Assembly: GCF_036588685.1 (NCBI RefSeq)
Contig: NC_086375.1
Coordinates: forward strand, 71,734,001-71,798,000
Direction of reading: 5' to 3'
Source: Mytilus trossulus
Taxonomy: Eukaryota
Length of the DNA stretch: 64,000 bases
In this document: positions 26,086 to 38,900 of the stretch, piece by piece
Position numbering within the stretch: the stretch's first letter is position 1
Layout: every line of letters starts with the position of its first letter
Translations under genes and position numbers: made by a program
The notes under the pieces: generated by a model
What the model was told of the DNA's origin: nothing
What the model saw: only the letters and a program-made list of their open reading frames with translations
Database searches by the model: none

Positions 26086-27597
26086 TTCAGATGACATCGT
26101 GTTCATGATAACGTCTGTTTTATTTTTTCATACTTTGCCACGTCCAATCCAGTATTCTATTTAATCTGTGTGTGGTGATCTTGCATATTTTGCTACTGGG
26201 CGGATGCTGTCCTCTAGGACACAATGTCGACCAGCAGATACATTGATCAAGTGGTAGTTACAGAAAAGAGAAAGATGCCAAAGGGACAATCAAACTGTTA
26301 GGTCGAAAATAAACTGACAAAGTCGAAGCTAAAAAAGAAAACACAAAAATAACGATTCCATAAATCAACAGAAAACAAAAGACTGCAAAACGAAACCCTA
26401 CCAAAAAAATGTTTGTGTTCCACATGTGACACCCGTCGTGTTGCTAATGTAAATACTCGCCCGGTGATGAGTGTAATTCGGTAGGTATCATTCGGGGGGA
26501 AAGGAGGACGGGATATTAGTTACAACTTGAACATATTCGTTGTATTCTGTGAAACAGAGATTTCGTTATGGATCAACTCACACATGATGGTGTCCGTAAA
26601 ACATACGAAGGGACGATTTCAACTTCGTCCTTATCCATCTCTGTCTTTGAATTTAATTCATGCTATTAATCCATAGCCGCGGAATTATCACAAAGACTTC
26701 GAAAGGTATTCTAGTTACTTGCAGGACATTACCTAGAGCTAGCAAAAAAATATAGCATTGTGATAGGTGAATTTCGCTTGAGCAATAACACACTGTACAT
26801 TATCTGCTGTTGCATGACTTCAGCTCATGGAAACGGGAAAACAACACAACTAATGATATGCCGAAGTGAATTTACAAATATCTAGATGCATATATTTTGG
26901 AAGTAAACTGATTGATTTGTAGAAAAATATTTTCCAAACATAGGTACAACACCAAGTTATAGTTTCTATTTAGTTCTGATCTTTAAGAGGCATTAGCTGT
27001 ACGATTTGATCCAAATTCTCATATTTCATTTATGGCATACTAAAACGTATATTCAAATTTCAAATAGTCACAAAAAAACACATTCAGCCATTCATTGACT
27101 CGTACATGTCTTAATATAATACTATCCTCGTTTAATGTAGATACGATGCATTCTATTTATAATCGAGATGATGTCGACGGATAAATGACCATATAAACAC
27201 GAATACAAATTCGTTGAATCGTCGGATTGAGATTTTTATATAGGCAACGGTCAGTTTTTTTTCTGGCATAGATTCAAAAATATGTAAACCAACGTTTCAC
27301 CTGTATATTAAAAATGATTTATGTGGGCTTTACCAGTCATTCTAATAGTTTTTCTGGTGGTGAATGTCCTAACAAAAGAGAACAATTAAAGATCACACTG
27401 ATACGAATCCAACTGAGGAGGAAAAATTTAAAGTTTCTAATTATAGTAAATAAAATTCATCTGTAGTTTGAAAAAAAAATGTTTTAGTTTTCAATGCTTT
27501 CAAAATTTGATATAAATCCGTCTTTCAACTTTTTTTAATTCTTATGCCACTGTGATGTGGACCAGGTCGTCCAAATCTTCAGCCGGGTATATTTAAT

Positions 27598-27945
27598 AAA
27601 TAAAGGCAACAGTAGTATACCGCAGTTCAAAACTCAAATATCCATGGACAAAAAACTAACTCGGGGTTTACAAAAACTCAGGGAAACGCATTAAATATAA
27701 GAGAAGAACAACGACACAACATTAAAATGTAACACACACAGAAACGGACTAAGCATTAGACAAAATCCGATGAGAATAACAAATATAACATCAAAACCAA
27801 ATGCACGAAATTGGGATAGAAAAGTACCGTGACACGTCTTATAGTAATGTGAATTCACACTCAAACACAAGAGAAAACAAACGACACAACGGAAACACGA
27901 ATATGAGAATAACAAATATAACATCAAAACCAAATACATGATAAG
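27598..27945 (-). repeat. Interspersed repeat with internal direct duplication; same family as 63850-64000
   Basis: ATGAGAATAACAAATATAACATCAAAACCAAAT occurs twice, and the reverse complement matches the window's right end. Confidence 0.6.
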
Positions 27946-28798
27946 TGTTCCGAATCGTCGTTGTTGGAATAATTATATAACAGGGAAGAACAAGAGCTGC
28001 AAATGTTTGCACCTGTCCTAAGTCAGGATTCTGATGTACAGTAGTTGTCGTTTGTTTATGTAATATATACGTGTTGTGTCTCGTTTTGTTTACATATATT
28101 AGACCGCTGTTTTTCCCGTTTGAATGGTTTTACACTAGTAATTTTTGGGGCCCTTTATAGCTTGTTGTTTGGTGTGAGCCAAGGCTCCGTGTTGAAGGCC
28201 GTACTTTAACCTATAATGGTTTACTTTTTAAATTCTTATTTGGATGGAGAGTTGTCTCATTGGCACTCACACCACATCTTCCTATATCTATCATTTACAA
28301 TACAGTTGATATATGGTTATTAAACTTATATTAGTATATAGAGAAAAGATAACAAGACTTATATCTTGTTAAATCAGACAGAATTAATTTAGCTTTTTTT
28401 TCTAATCTGTTGTAAGCAATGCTTAAATAGGTTTTGGTTCATAAAAAATATGCTAAAAATAACCCAACAAACAAACCAAACAACAAACTATTAATAAAAC
28501 CTATTCGTCACGAACGTATTGAAATTCTACTTTCTATTAATTCTATTTTCATGCTTTTTAGATATATTTTTAAAGATATGTTAGGTTGTCTGTAATAAGG
28601 GTAATTGTAGTATTCCCCTATTCAATAGTCCTAAATCGATTAAACAAACGAATCCGGGACACAAACCATCAACAACACAAGGAAAAATCCGAACAAACAG
28701 AAACACTAAACCGCTACACAAACAAACGCTAACATGCATAGAAACGGTCTATTTGATAACGACTTCCATATTCCTTACTTCTATATGTGTTGGTTTAA

Positions 28799-29065
28799 GG
28801 TGGTACCTACAAGGAGATAACTCTGTAAAATCAGCTTAACGTTTTAATTACGTTGTGTTGTAAAGGGAATAATAAGCTTATCAATGATCAAAATGGGTGT
28901 TTGTCAAACTACTATATAACCAGTGTAATTATTCTGACAAAACGGTTGGTTCAAAATTTTTGAAATTTTTATATTTTTGTTAAAGGCTCAAAGTTAATAC
29001 TTTGTTAAAATTTTATGAATATTAAAGGAGCCAAATTTATTTCAGTGAAAGTGTTGGGTACCACC
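28799..29065. mobile_element. Short MITE
   Basis: TTAA-GGTGGTACC...GGTACCACC-TTCA termini. Confidence 0.55.
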
Positions 29066-29945
29066 TTCATGTTATCTAATGGTTTTGGTGATCTTTTTTT
29101 TTAATGTTGTCTATATCTTTTTTTAAGGTTGTCTAAGTCTTTTTGTTGAAGGTTGTCTACATATCATTTTGTTGAAGGTTGTCTATACCTTTTTTGCTTG
29201 TTTCAATATTTTCAATTAATTGTCCAATTGTCCGTTTTTTTAATTTTCCAAATCCTAAAAAAATATCCAGTGTTTTTTTGCATAATTTTTGCAGAAAATT
29301 GTTAAAAAATAATCAGGTAAAAAAATCATTCTTATGAAAATATAACACCATTGCTAGATAATTCATTTATTTTATGAAAACATTCAAGTATACAAATAAA
29401 AATGTACCAATCCGAAATAACAATTAAGAAAAGAAAGAAAGAAACAGGAAAATGGTGGTTCTCAAATAATATTACATTACATGTTTCATATATTCAATAT
29501 AAGATGCATTCAAATAAGAGAGTAGTTCATAGAAACATGATACATGTTAAATAAAAGGAAATGCATAAATATAGAAATCAACAAATATGACAAATACACC
29601 TAGTGCGTATAAGGGCACTGTCAATCCGACATTCTTAAAATATGTCCAACAAGATTGAAATATACATTTTTATGATATTCGAATGAACTAGTATCCAGTT
29701 AATAACGATTACTGTTGTTAACTGTATCATATAGAGTTATCCTTCTAGAAATGATTTTCCTTAAAAAATGAAACACTATAAAATTATAATTACGCAAATT
29801 TTGTAACAGTGATGTTTCAACATTCATTACTGTTGATGCACTTTAATATGTTATCAACAATAGGCAAACATGTGCATTGGCATATGCACAAAGTGTTTAT
29901 CTGTAGCCTGTATTAACCAGGATTCATATATTAACATTCAGTCTG

Positions 29946-32900
29946 TTACTTTTCTTCGTCCTTGCTCAGATATCTCAGTAAAGCGTCGTGTTCTGCTTTA
30001 TGACCAGTTTCCTTCTTAATGGTATTGATGATAACTGATGATAAGGGTTCGTCAGATGAATCTACAAATATAAGACATTTCAGAAATAGTTTCTAACTTC
30101 TACGTCAAATGTTCCTTGTTGGAGAATTTTCTCATTAGCAATCAAACCACATCTTCTTATATTTATATTCTTAGACACTTGTTTCTAAATGTATCCCTCC
30201 GTTAGATCACAACAAAAGTTGGATAAAAGATACGTAAACCCTTTTTATCTCTCCTGATACAGAAGACCGACCAAAGTAAACTATATTTATCACTTGGTGT
30301 TCATCGTCCGCAGTCATATGCAACAATCTCCTTTTGGGTCGATCAGAACCCAACACTGCTGTCAACATCAGTAGAGTGTTCAGTTTAAAATGACATCTTT
30401 TTTTTTTTTTTTTTTTACATATTTGTGAATCCTATTCTTGATTACATATTTATAAGTCAAATGGTCAAAATCATCATTCTATTTCGCCCAGTAATAATTG
30501 CACCTTATACCACAAATTTCACCTAATTTCATGTTTTGCAGATAACAAAGTAGAAACACAGAAACCTTGAATAGTAAACAAATAATCGGTAAAATAATGA
30601 AAAATGAAAAAAAAACACTGTACATTAGTTGTGTAATACGAATGAGCCAGAAACTCCGAAATAGCTAGTCAACTTTTTATAGTAGTTTTTTTTCCTTTGA
30701 TCATTGAAGTGTCACCAAATATGTATAATGTTTATAATATTTGTACAATGCAACTAACACGCTTCACAAATGTATGGTAATTTAAAAAATTAAGCCCCCT
30801 TGTTTCATTTGCAATTTAAAACACTAGGAGGAAGCGTAGCGTCATTGTTGTAGCGCTAAAGGACATTGCTCACAACTTTGGGTGCAACAAAATATTCGAA
30901 GCTGGGTAAAAAAAAAGTATTTCTTGACCTTAAATGACGATATTGACCCATTTTTATTGTTTTTTGCAAACTGTGTAGATAATTAGTGCAACACAAGAAG
31001 AAATATAATCAGTAAAATAAGATAAACCAATAAGTCAAAAAGCTATGGTCCGTTGAACTTGAACTATGCTACTTTGAAACGCGGATCTGGCGTAGATAGA
31101 AAATTTGAGTCTATGATGCGTTTATTAAGATAGTTAAGCTCAAATCTAAAACTCTTTAAGCATAAAAAGGTATTTGAAGCAAACCAAAACTAAATTAAAG
31201 CGTGAAGATTTTGAATTTCATTTCTACAAACTACTGGTGTATATGAACGAACACACACTTTATTATATATACTGTGGATTCATGTATTTTTGTGGATATT
31301 TAGTTTCGTTGTTTTGCCAATCTCTGTTAACAAAGCATATAGACTATTTTTAAACATTAGAACTCGTGGTTCACCTGCACCCATTAAAAGTGTTATCCAA
31401 CAAAAAATAATAAATCCACAGTATAGAATTAATATAACTAACAATGGTATATAAATAAAATCAACAGTAGTATACCACTGTACGAAATTTATAAATCTTT
31501 AACTTATTAAAGGGACACTAGCTGTCAAATTCATGTTCACTGATTTTAATCAAATTCTCATATTTTATTTATAATATAGTAAAACATTTATCCAAACTAT
31601 TAAAAGTCTAAATTAAATAATAAACAGGGCACGAACATGAAAATACACAGCTTCGTCTCGTGTTTATTTTAGGCCAGACGCCATCTAATTTATTACCGAC
31701 ACGACCTCTAAAGTCATGCGATGACCATATAAACGATGTAAACATAAATATAGATATTAATAGATTAAGAAAACTCGTGCTGTTGTATTATTCTAGGTCT
31801 ATGTAATTTCATATTATAGATGAAAAATAAATAATTATCATCGATTTTACTTATACATAAAAATGATTTTTTCTGGATCGATTCAACCAATCAAATGATT
31901 TATCTTTGTTTCACTTTCAATGTTGACATTCTTTTCCTTGAGATAACTTTACACATACAACTCACGTGTTTTGAAGTTCACGTGAATACGGATTCAATGA
32001 GGTCGAATTATTTAATTGCGATTGAATAATTCATAATCAATGTTGTTGTTTTTTTATCTTATTTTCACAAAATTGGACCATGCTGGATGCCAAAAAAACT
32101 GGATGCTAAAAAACTAATTATTATTTCAATTTTTGCAATTCCTTATTGATTGAGCAAAATAAAAAGGTATTAGATTTTTTATCCATCTCGTAGCTAGTGC
32201 CTCTTAAAAACTGACCATCATAAACAATGATTCCACATTTTTCTTGATACTCCTCCCTTTTTGAAGCTGTGGTCAGAATACCCCTTAGTTGTTCTGTCAA
32301 GTCCTCTCTCTGGTGCATCATCTGCTCATAACTAAGTCCAGCAATCATTGAGATGTGCATATTGTACAATGTCTTCACAGGTGTTAGATATTCAGCCGCA
32401 AAGTAATAATCTGTATCTCTTGTCTGATAAAATCAAAACAAAATGGTTAAAATTTAACATACAGCATGTTCATCCAATGTTTGCAAATGCAATTAACTTA
32501 GCATTTACTATACCATTATTAAAACATAAAAAACTAAGGTTTATACATCAAGATAATGGTTTTGAAATATATAGTCAATATTTCATGATAATTTTTACAT
32601 TCATAGAAAAATTAAATATATTAGTTCACTGTGTGTATATTTGCATGCAAACAGACCATTTAAACATTTAGAATCAGGAAGTCTCCTCTGAATAACATTC
32701 ATCTTTGCCTCAATCACACTTTCGATTATGTTTGCTATAAATTTCAATATATATCAACAATGATCCTTCCTATATAATGTATATAGAGCCATTTCAGTGA
32801 TCAACCAACGCTCTTTGAAACCTAACCTTTAATATGACCAAATGGCGAAATCATAAAAAGTAAAAAAGAGCTTTTTTTAACAATATATACTAATAATAAC

Positions 32901-35900
32901 TTTATAAAGCACAAATTACACCAATAAGAACGTCAAATAAGGAAACGGGGTATGTATGTAAATGAAACAACTATCCACCAGAATTCAAATGACGAAGATA
33001 AAAACTTATATTTTTTGTGCATGCCATCATATAAGTTCGCTGTCTTTAAAATGGTATAGTTATTAAACTTACACAAATGTGCCAAAGATTACATGGGAAT
33101 ATCCTCTTTGCACCATGCAGATGTTTCTCTACCTTTTCGACTCTCCATGGACCTTTTATTTCTGTATCTACCTCGCTCAAGGTCGGTCTAAACTTGCAAC
33201 TCTTTGGTATGATCTCCCACATCTGTTGTGAGACAACTACATTGCGCCTACTTTTTTCTCTATATTTACGTATTGGATCTTTTGACATGCATTGCATTAC
33301 ACGTTCTCTAAAATCTTGAAATAAAATACCTAGTTTTATATGCAACATCATTTTGAAAGTATGTGTGACCAGACAGATAATAATGCTAACATTTTGATTT
33401 AAAACTGAACCCTTTAATACTTTTGTTTAAAATATTATTTTCTTTCTTTTTTTTTCATATTTAGTACATTGTATTAGTAATTTTGTTGGTATACGTTCAT
33501 CGAGTGAAATAAGTAGACAACTATAAAGGTTTGGTAATTTTACCTGGTAGTACGTGCTTTAAATAATTCACAAAGAATCCCCACGCTAATCCATATGCAA
33601 CATTTCCGACTGGAATTTGGGATTTCATTGACACATCTTTCCCTACAGAAAATAAATAAATAATGTTATAAACGATTAAATAATATGTAATGATGAAAAT
33701 GATCAATTAACCAACTCAATTGCACTGAGATAATTGTTTTCAAGTCGTATATAGTATGTGACATTTGTATCCAAAACCATGCAGAAATGATTTAAAATCA
33801 TAGAAGGTGAATGCAGTGACCTATATATTGGAGGCAACATTATTCAATTAAAACATTGAGTGTATTCACCCTTAAATTGTCAGTCACTGCATTCCGAGAC
33901 TTCTGCTACAATTTACAAATACTAAAATGAAGTTTAGATCATGTGACTTGATTTATGTTTTTTTTAATGAAATGTTGGGATTTTTAATACACCTTCTTAG
34001 GAATGTAGACATTTTGGTTTCAATAACAAAATACCACTGAACTGTTCATAAAAGAAATTTCAAAATTCCACACTAAAAGCATAAAAATCAGTTTATTCGA
34101 GCGAAGGGTGTGTAAAAGAGTTTCCTAAACATTTTTTACTGAAAACCCACCAACGAGAGGTAAATAGTGAGGAAAATCAATTATGATGTTTGGAAACTTT
34201 CATTGACAAAAATTAATTACTTTCGATACAACGTAAACATTTATGAATATTTTGTTTTAATTTTTTTTAACATAACTCACAATACTGCCTATAAAAGAGG
34301 GACAAAAGATACCAAAGGGACAGTCAAACTCATAAATCTAAAACAAACTGACGACGCCATGGCTAAAAATGAAAAAGACAAACAGAAAAACAATAGTAAA
34401 CATGACACAACATAGAAAACTAAAGAATAAACAACACGAACCCCATATAACCTTGGTAGATTTTTGAAAATATTATATGCATGTATTTAAACACAGAAGC
34501 ATGTTAATTTGTGGATTTATGATGTTTATCTTTGTTCTGTAGTTTCATTCTTGGGAGGGTTTGTAGTCTGATATAAAGATCAAACATAAACAACATAAAC
34601 TTTTGAGAAAAAATAAGAAAATATCATATATGGTAGAAACAATTACTTTAGTCAGAAGTATTTTCTTTATCTTTAAACATTTACAAAAACGTTTTATAAA
34701 GATGTGTAACTTGTTAACCTATATAATTTAACACAAGTGACTATGTTGGTGATACTGAAAACAAGCTGTATAAACTGCACAGTAAATTTATTATAGGTGT
34801 GTGCCTTTACTTTTGTTCTTGGTTTTTTTTCCATACAAGTTTTGGTGTTTGCACAAAATAGAAACAAAAGAGCACAATAACAGATCAATGTATCTAAAGT
34901 AAATGAGGTTACATCATACCTTTAGATACTAGTATGTCATACTTGTTTAATACTTACTAAGTATTTACCATTGTTCCCTACATATTTGTACAGTTTAACA
35001 TGTGTATACTAATGGAAACTTACAGCTTAACGCCTATAAACCCATTTAAGGTGCCAAACTTTTACTTTTAAATGAAAATTTAGAAAACCAAATGGTAATT
35101 TATTACACTTTAAATTGTTAAATACAGACTTCAAATGCTACAACTGTTTTATCATATCCCTCTTTTGTAGGTAGCAGATATTACGTTCAAACCGTATTCA
35201 TTGATATATACCTCTCACAGCATCAACAATCATATCCAAGTAATCTTCGTCACGGTCTATACTTATATGCCTAGCCCATCTGATGAATGAGGGAATAGCT
35301 GTGGGTGTGATACCATTCAATACTGGAATTACGTTCAACGAGTTCGTCTCTATGCCAATGCTTAAAATCTCTGCCAAAAACATGCTGATCATATCTCTAT
35401 TTGATGACTCCGTGATGAACAAAATGACCCATCTTGCATCTCGTACACGTCTTTCGATTTCAGACAAAGAATCACCATCTCTCTCGTCTGATGATGCAGG
35501 TCGGGCCTGGGAATACCGGATTTTGTTTTTGTCGAGGTGGTCTTTCACTTTAAAAACTAATTTTGTGTCCTTGGCGTGATATAATAAACACACTTCGTCT
35601 CTGTAATGTTCTGTTTCTTCTGCTTTTTTCACTCCTTCCTGTTTAGAAAAAAAGTAAAGCTTGGATCAACAAAATTTTTGTGGTTTTCTTTTTTCCTCAT
35701 TGCACGGACTTTTTTTCAAAAGTACATACATGTATATTTAAAAAGGTGTTGTTTAATCTTCTATCACAATTATCTCCAATCACTGCCCTTAAGTTCATTG
35801 ACAAGTAATATAATAAGGATAACAATTATATGACAAAACTCCGGAAAAAATTCAGAACAGAATCAAATGGCAAAATTAAGAGTTCAAACACATCAAACGA

Positions 35901-38900
35901 ATGAAAAACAACTGTCATAGTGTAATTTCATGACTTAGTATCGGTATTTGTCTTATGTAACAAATAATGGAATAAACCTAATCTTATAACTAGCTAAACC
36001 TCGCACTAGTATGCAGTTCGCATAGAACTCCATCATATTGACATCAATGTAAAAGCAAAACAAACAGATATATAACGTAAAAATGTCAAATATTGGGAAA
36101 CAAGAGTCAGCATTGTATTTGAATCTTAATAACTATAAAAACAAACAACTATGTCAACAAAGAAAAACATAATGAATGGTATGCAGGCACTTTATCAGTA
36201 AAGCAAATAAGCAAGAATGAAAGACAATGATAAAAAAAACATGGCACGGTTCCTCATCTTTCTGTTTAAAATCATGCTGATCATATATATCTATATTTTG
36301 CACATGTTGTTTCTTTTTTGAAGGAAACTATTTAGGCATATTAATATATTTAACAAATTGAATACAAACTAGATGTTGCCCTCGTTATCGTGTCATCTTA
36401 TTAATCAAAGTATCGACAAACCCTTAGGAAACACATATCTGATAGAAACTAAATGTGCACACACGTTTCATGTACAACTAGTAAATGTAAATATGGAGTC
36501 CTTTTGGTTAAGTAGCTCCTGATTTGAGAAAGTGTGATGTACATATTTGTAGGAAGGTCGGACGAACGAAAAAATTATATAAATATCTGTATAACATACC
36601 GCTGCCTTTTCGAGTTGATTTTTAATAACGTCATGAACGCCCTGTCTTAGTTGGTATGAAATAGTAGCAGATTCTCCTTTTTCTTCGTCTAAAATGGAAA
36701 CAAAACTCTACATGCCGAGAAATTGCCTCCGTTGAATGTTTGCAAACATCCCATAGAGAAAACTGCTCGGATGAACAATGTTGATCATGTGGTACATGAC
36801 AGTGTATTAAGCAACACGTACATCAATTTGTTGAATGCATTCAAGTCTTTAATCTTCCAATAGGAGGTCCACTGGAGTTTTGAAAGAGCATTTCTTTTTA
36901 TCTCTTGACCTAGAACTCATAGACAAGCGTGTTCTTAACAAGTTTACTTTTTTACAAAATTATTATATTTCTTAATCTTTGAATGAATACAGACAATCCT
37001 GAGAACAGCATGCAAAGGTTACTACACTAGGGTGTTTTGACTTTGGAATATCGCATCAACATTATAGTATACACATATTTATAGTAGCAAAGAGTGGAAA
37101 CAAGCTTAAAATAATCGCCCTAGAAACCAAATAGTTCTCAAGGCAAACTTGCTATTGTCTGAAAAAACACTGACTATTTACTAGTTAATAATTTCAGAAT
37201 CTTTTTTCTAGAACAAACATTTCCCGTATTTTTATAAAACACAATCGTTATGTATGTCCAAGAAAATGTTTGCTTCCAGTAAACAGTTTTTAAAAGATTT
37301 TTGAAATATTGAAAGTATTCATCATTTATAAGAAAATAAATAAATACACAGTCAGGTATGATAATCATTTGAAATGTTTCATTGCAGTTGTAATCAACAT
37401 ACAGTTACTTACCATCGTACATCAACATTTTAGTCAATACACCATACTGTTTGTACTTCTCATGATTAAGGATTTCATTTAGGTAATGGTAAAACCTTTG
37501 AACCTCCACATCTCTCTGTGTTTTTGTGAAACTACATAAAATTTCTTCTTTGATTGTCCCAAGTGCACAAAATGCTCCTGGGTATTGGGCAACACAGAAG
37601 TATTCCTAAATAATTCAAAATGAATAATGTTTATTGTAACATAATACGGCATTTTTCCCTTTTTACCCGATAATCTGCTTAATAGTTTGGTTTCTGAAAA
37701 ACCATGGTTTATTATAAAGATTTATATATATGAATCCATTAAAGAGAATCATGACATACTTTGAAATTGCAACTTCATATAGATGGGCGGAGCTTGGACT
37801 ATGATTTATATTTTAATCTGATATTTTTTTTTATGTTAAACCCTGATTTAAACTCCGCCTTTCTTTTACCCCTCCGTGTGATTGATAGTCTAGTGAATGC
37901 ACGAGGACAAGGATTTCGTTTGATTTACAAATAGGATTTCTACTTTCTGGGAATTCCGTCTCCAAACAAACCATTAATTTTCGGAAAGGAAGTGGGTATT
38001 ATTTACACCTGACTGACCTGAGCCAGATTATTTTTGCCAGTGCATTTAATAAATGTAATAAATTGTGTTAGGGAAAATCTTATTTTTATAAGAATTTTTT
38101 TATGACATATCCTATCAGGAATATTTTGTTCTAAAACAATCCTAGGCCCCTACGGATTCGTCGTTTAAATGTTTCACTCGTAAATAGCATGGTATATATA
38201 TAATACATAAAATTCGGAATGAAAATGAGGAATGTGTGAAAGAGACAACAAACCGACCAAAGAGCATAAAACACCCGATGGCAACGAATGGGTCTTCAAT
38301 ACAGCAAATTTGAAAATCTAGCTATATACAACGTGAATGAAATTATATACAAATCACGTTTAACAAATTTACCGCCACAAAAAAAAATGACATTATTACT
38401 CTATCAACATTTTCAAAACCCAAAGTTTAAGTCTTTCGGAATTTTCTCTTGCATATAAATTGTTTCATTTATTTGTTTGTAAAATTTATCAAACCGAGTT
38501 TTTTTTAAAACATAACGACGATTTGATAAAGGAGAATGTTGATTTAATGATTGATATTTACAAAGCGTCCAGCGGTAATTTTTTCAAACATATAACTATA
38601 TAAGCAATCGAAAAATTTCCACAGATTTGGCCATGGTGACGTCCGGGCGATAATTTGAGAAGAAAGGTGATTATGCTCATAGTGATATGAACCTTGTCTT
38701 TTCCGTTGGTTCTACAGAATGTATTAACAGATTTAGACTAGTACACGGTAAAATAAAACTTATCAGGATAAAATATAAAAAAGAATGTGATGACCAAGGA
38801 GACAAATGTCCAAAAGAGACCAAAATGACACAAAAATTAACAACTATAGGTAATCGTAAGGCCTTCAACAATGAGCAAAGCCATAGTCGGCTATAAAAGG

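Noticed and set aside
29946-30000. C-terminal DALLRYLSKD as a pLxIS or TBK1-binding tail
   Set aside because: It fits neither pLxIS nor the PLPLRT/SD motif spacing.
35283-35579. Plus-strand ORFs opposite TIR-STING exons (also 33077-33319, 41375-41656) and 17767-17973 opposite ARGLU1
   Set aside because: They are antisense shadows of real coding exons.
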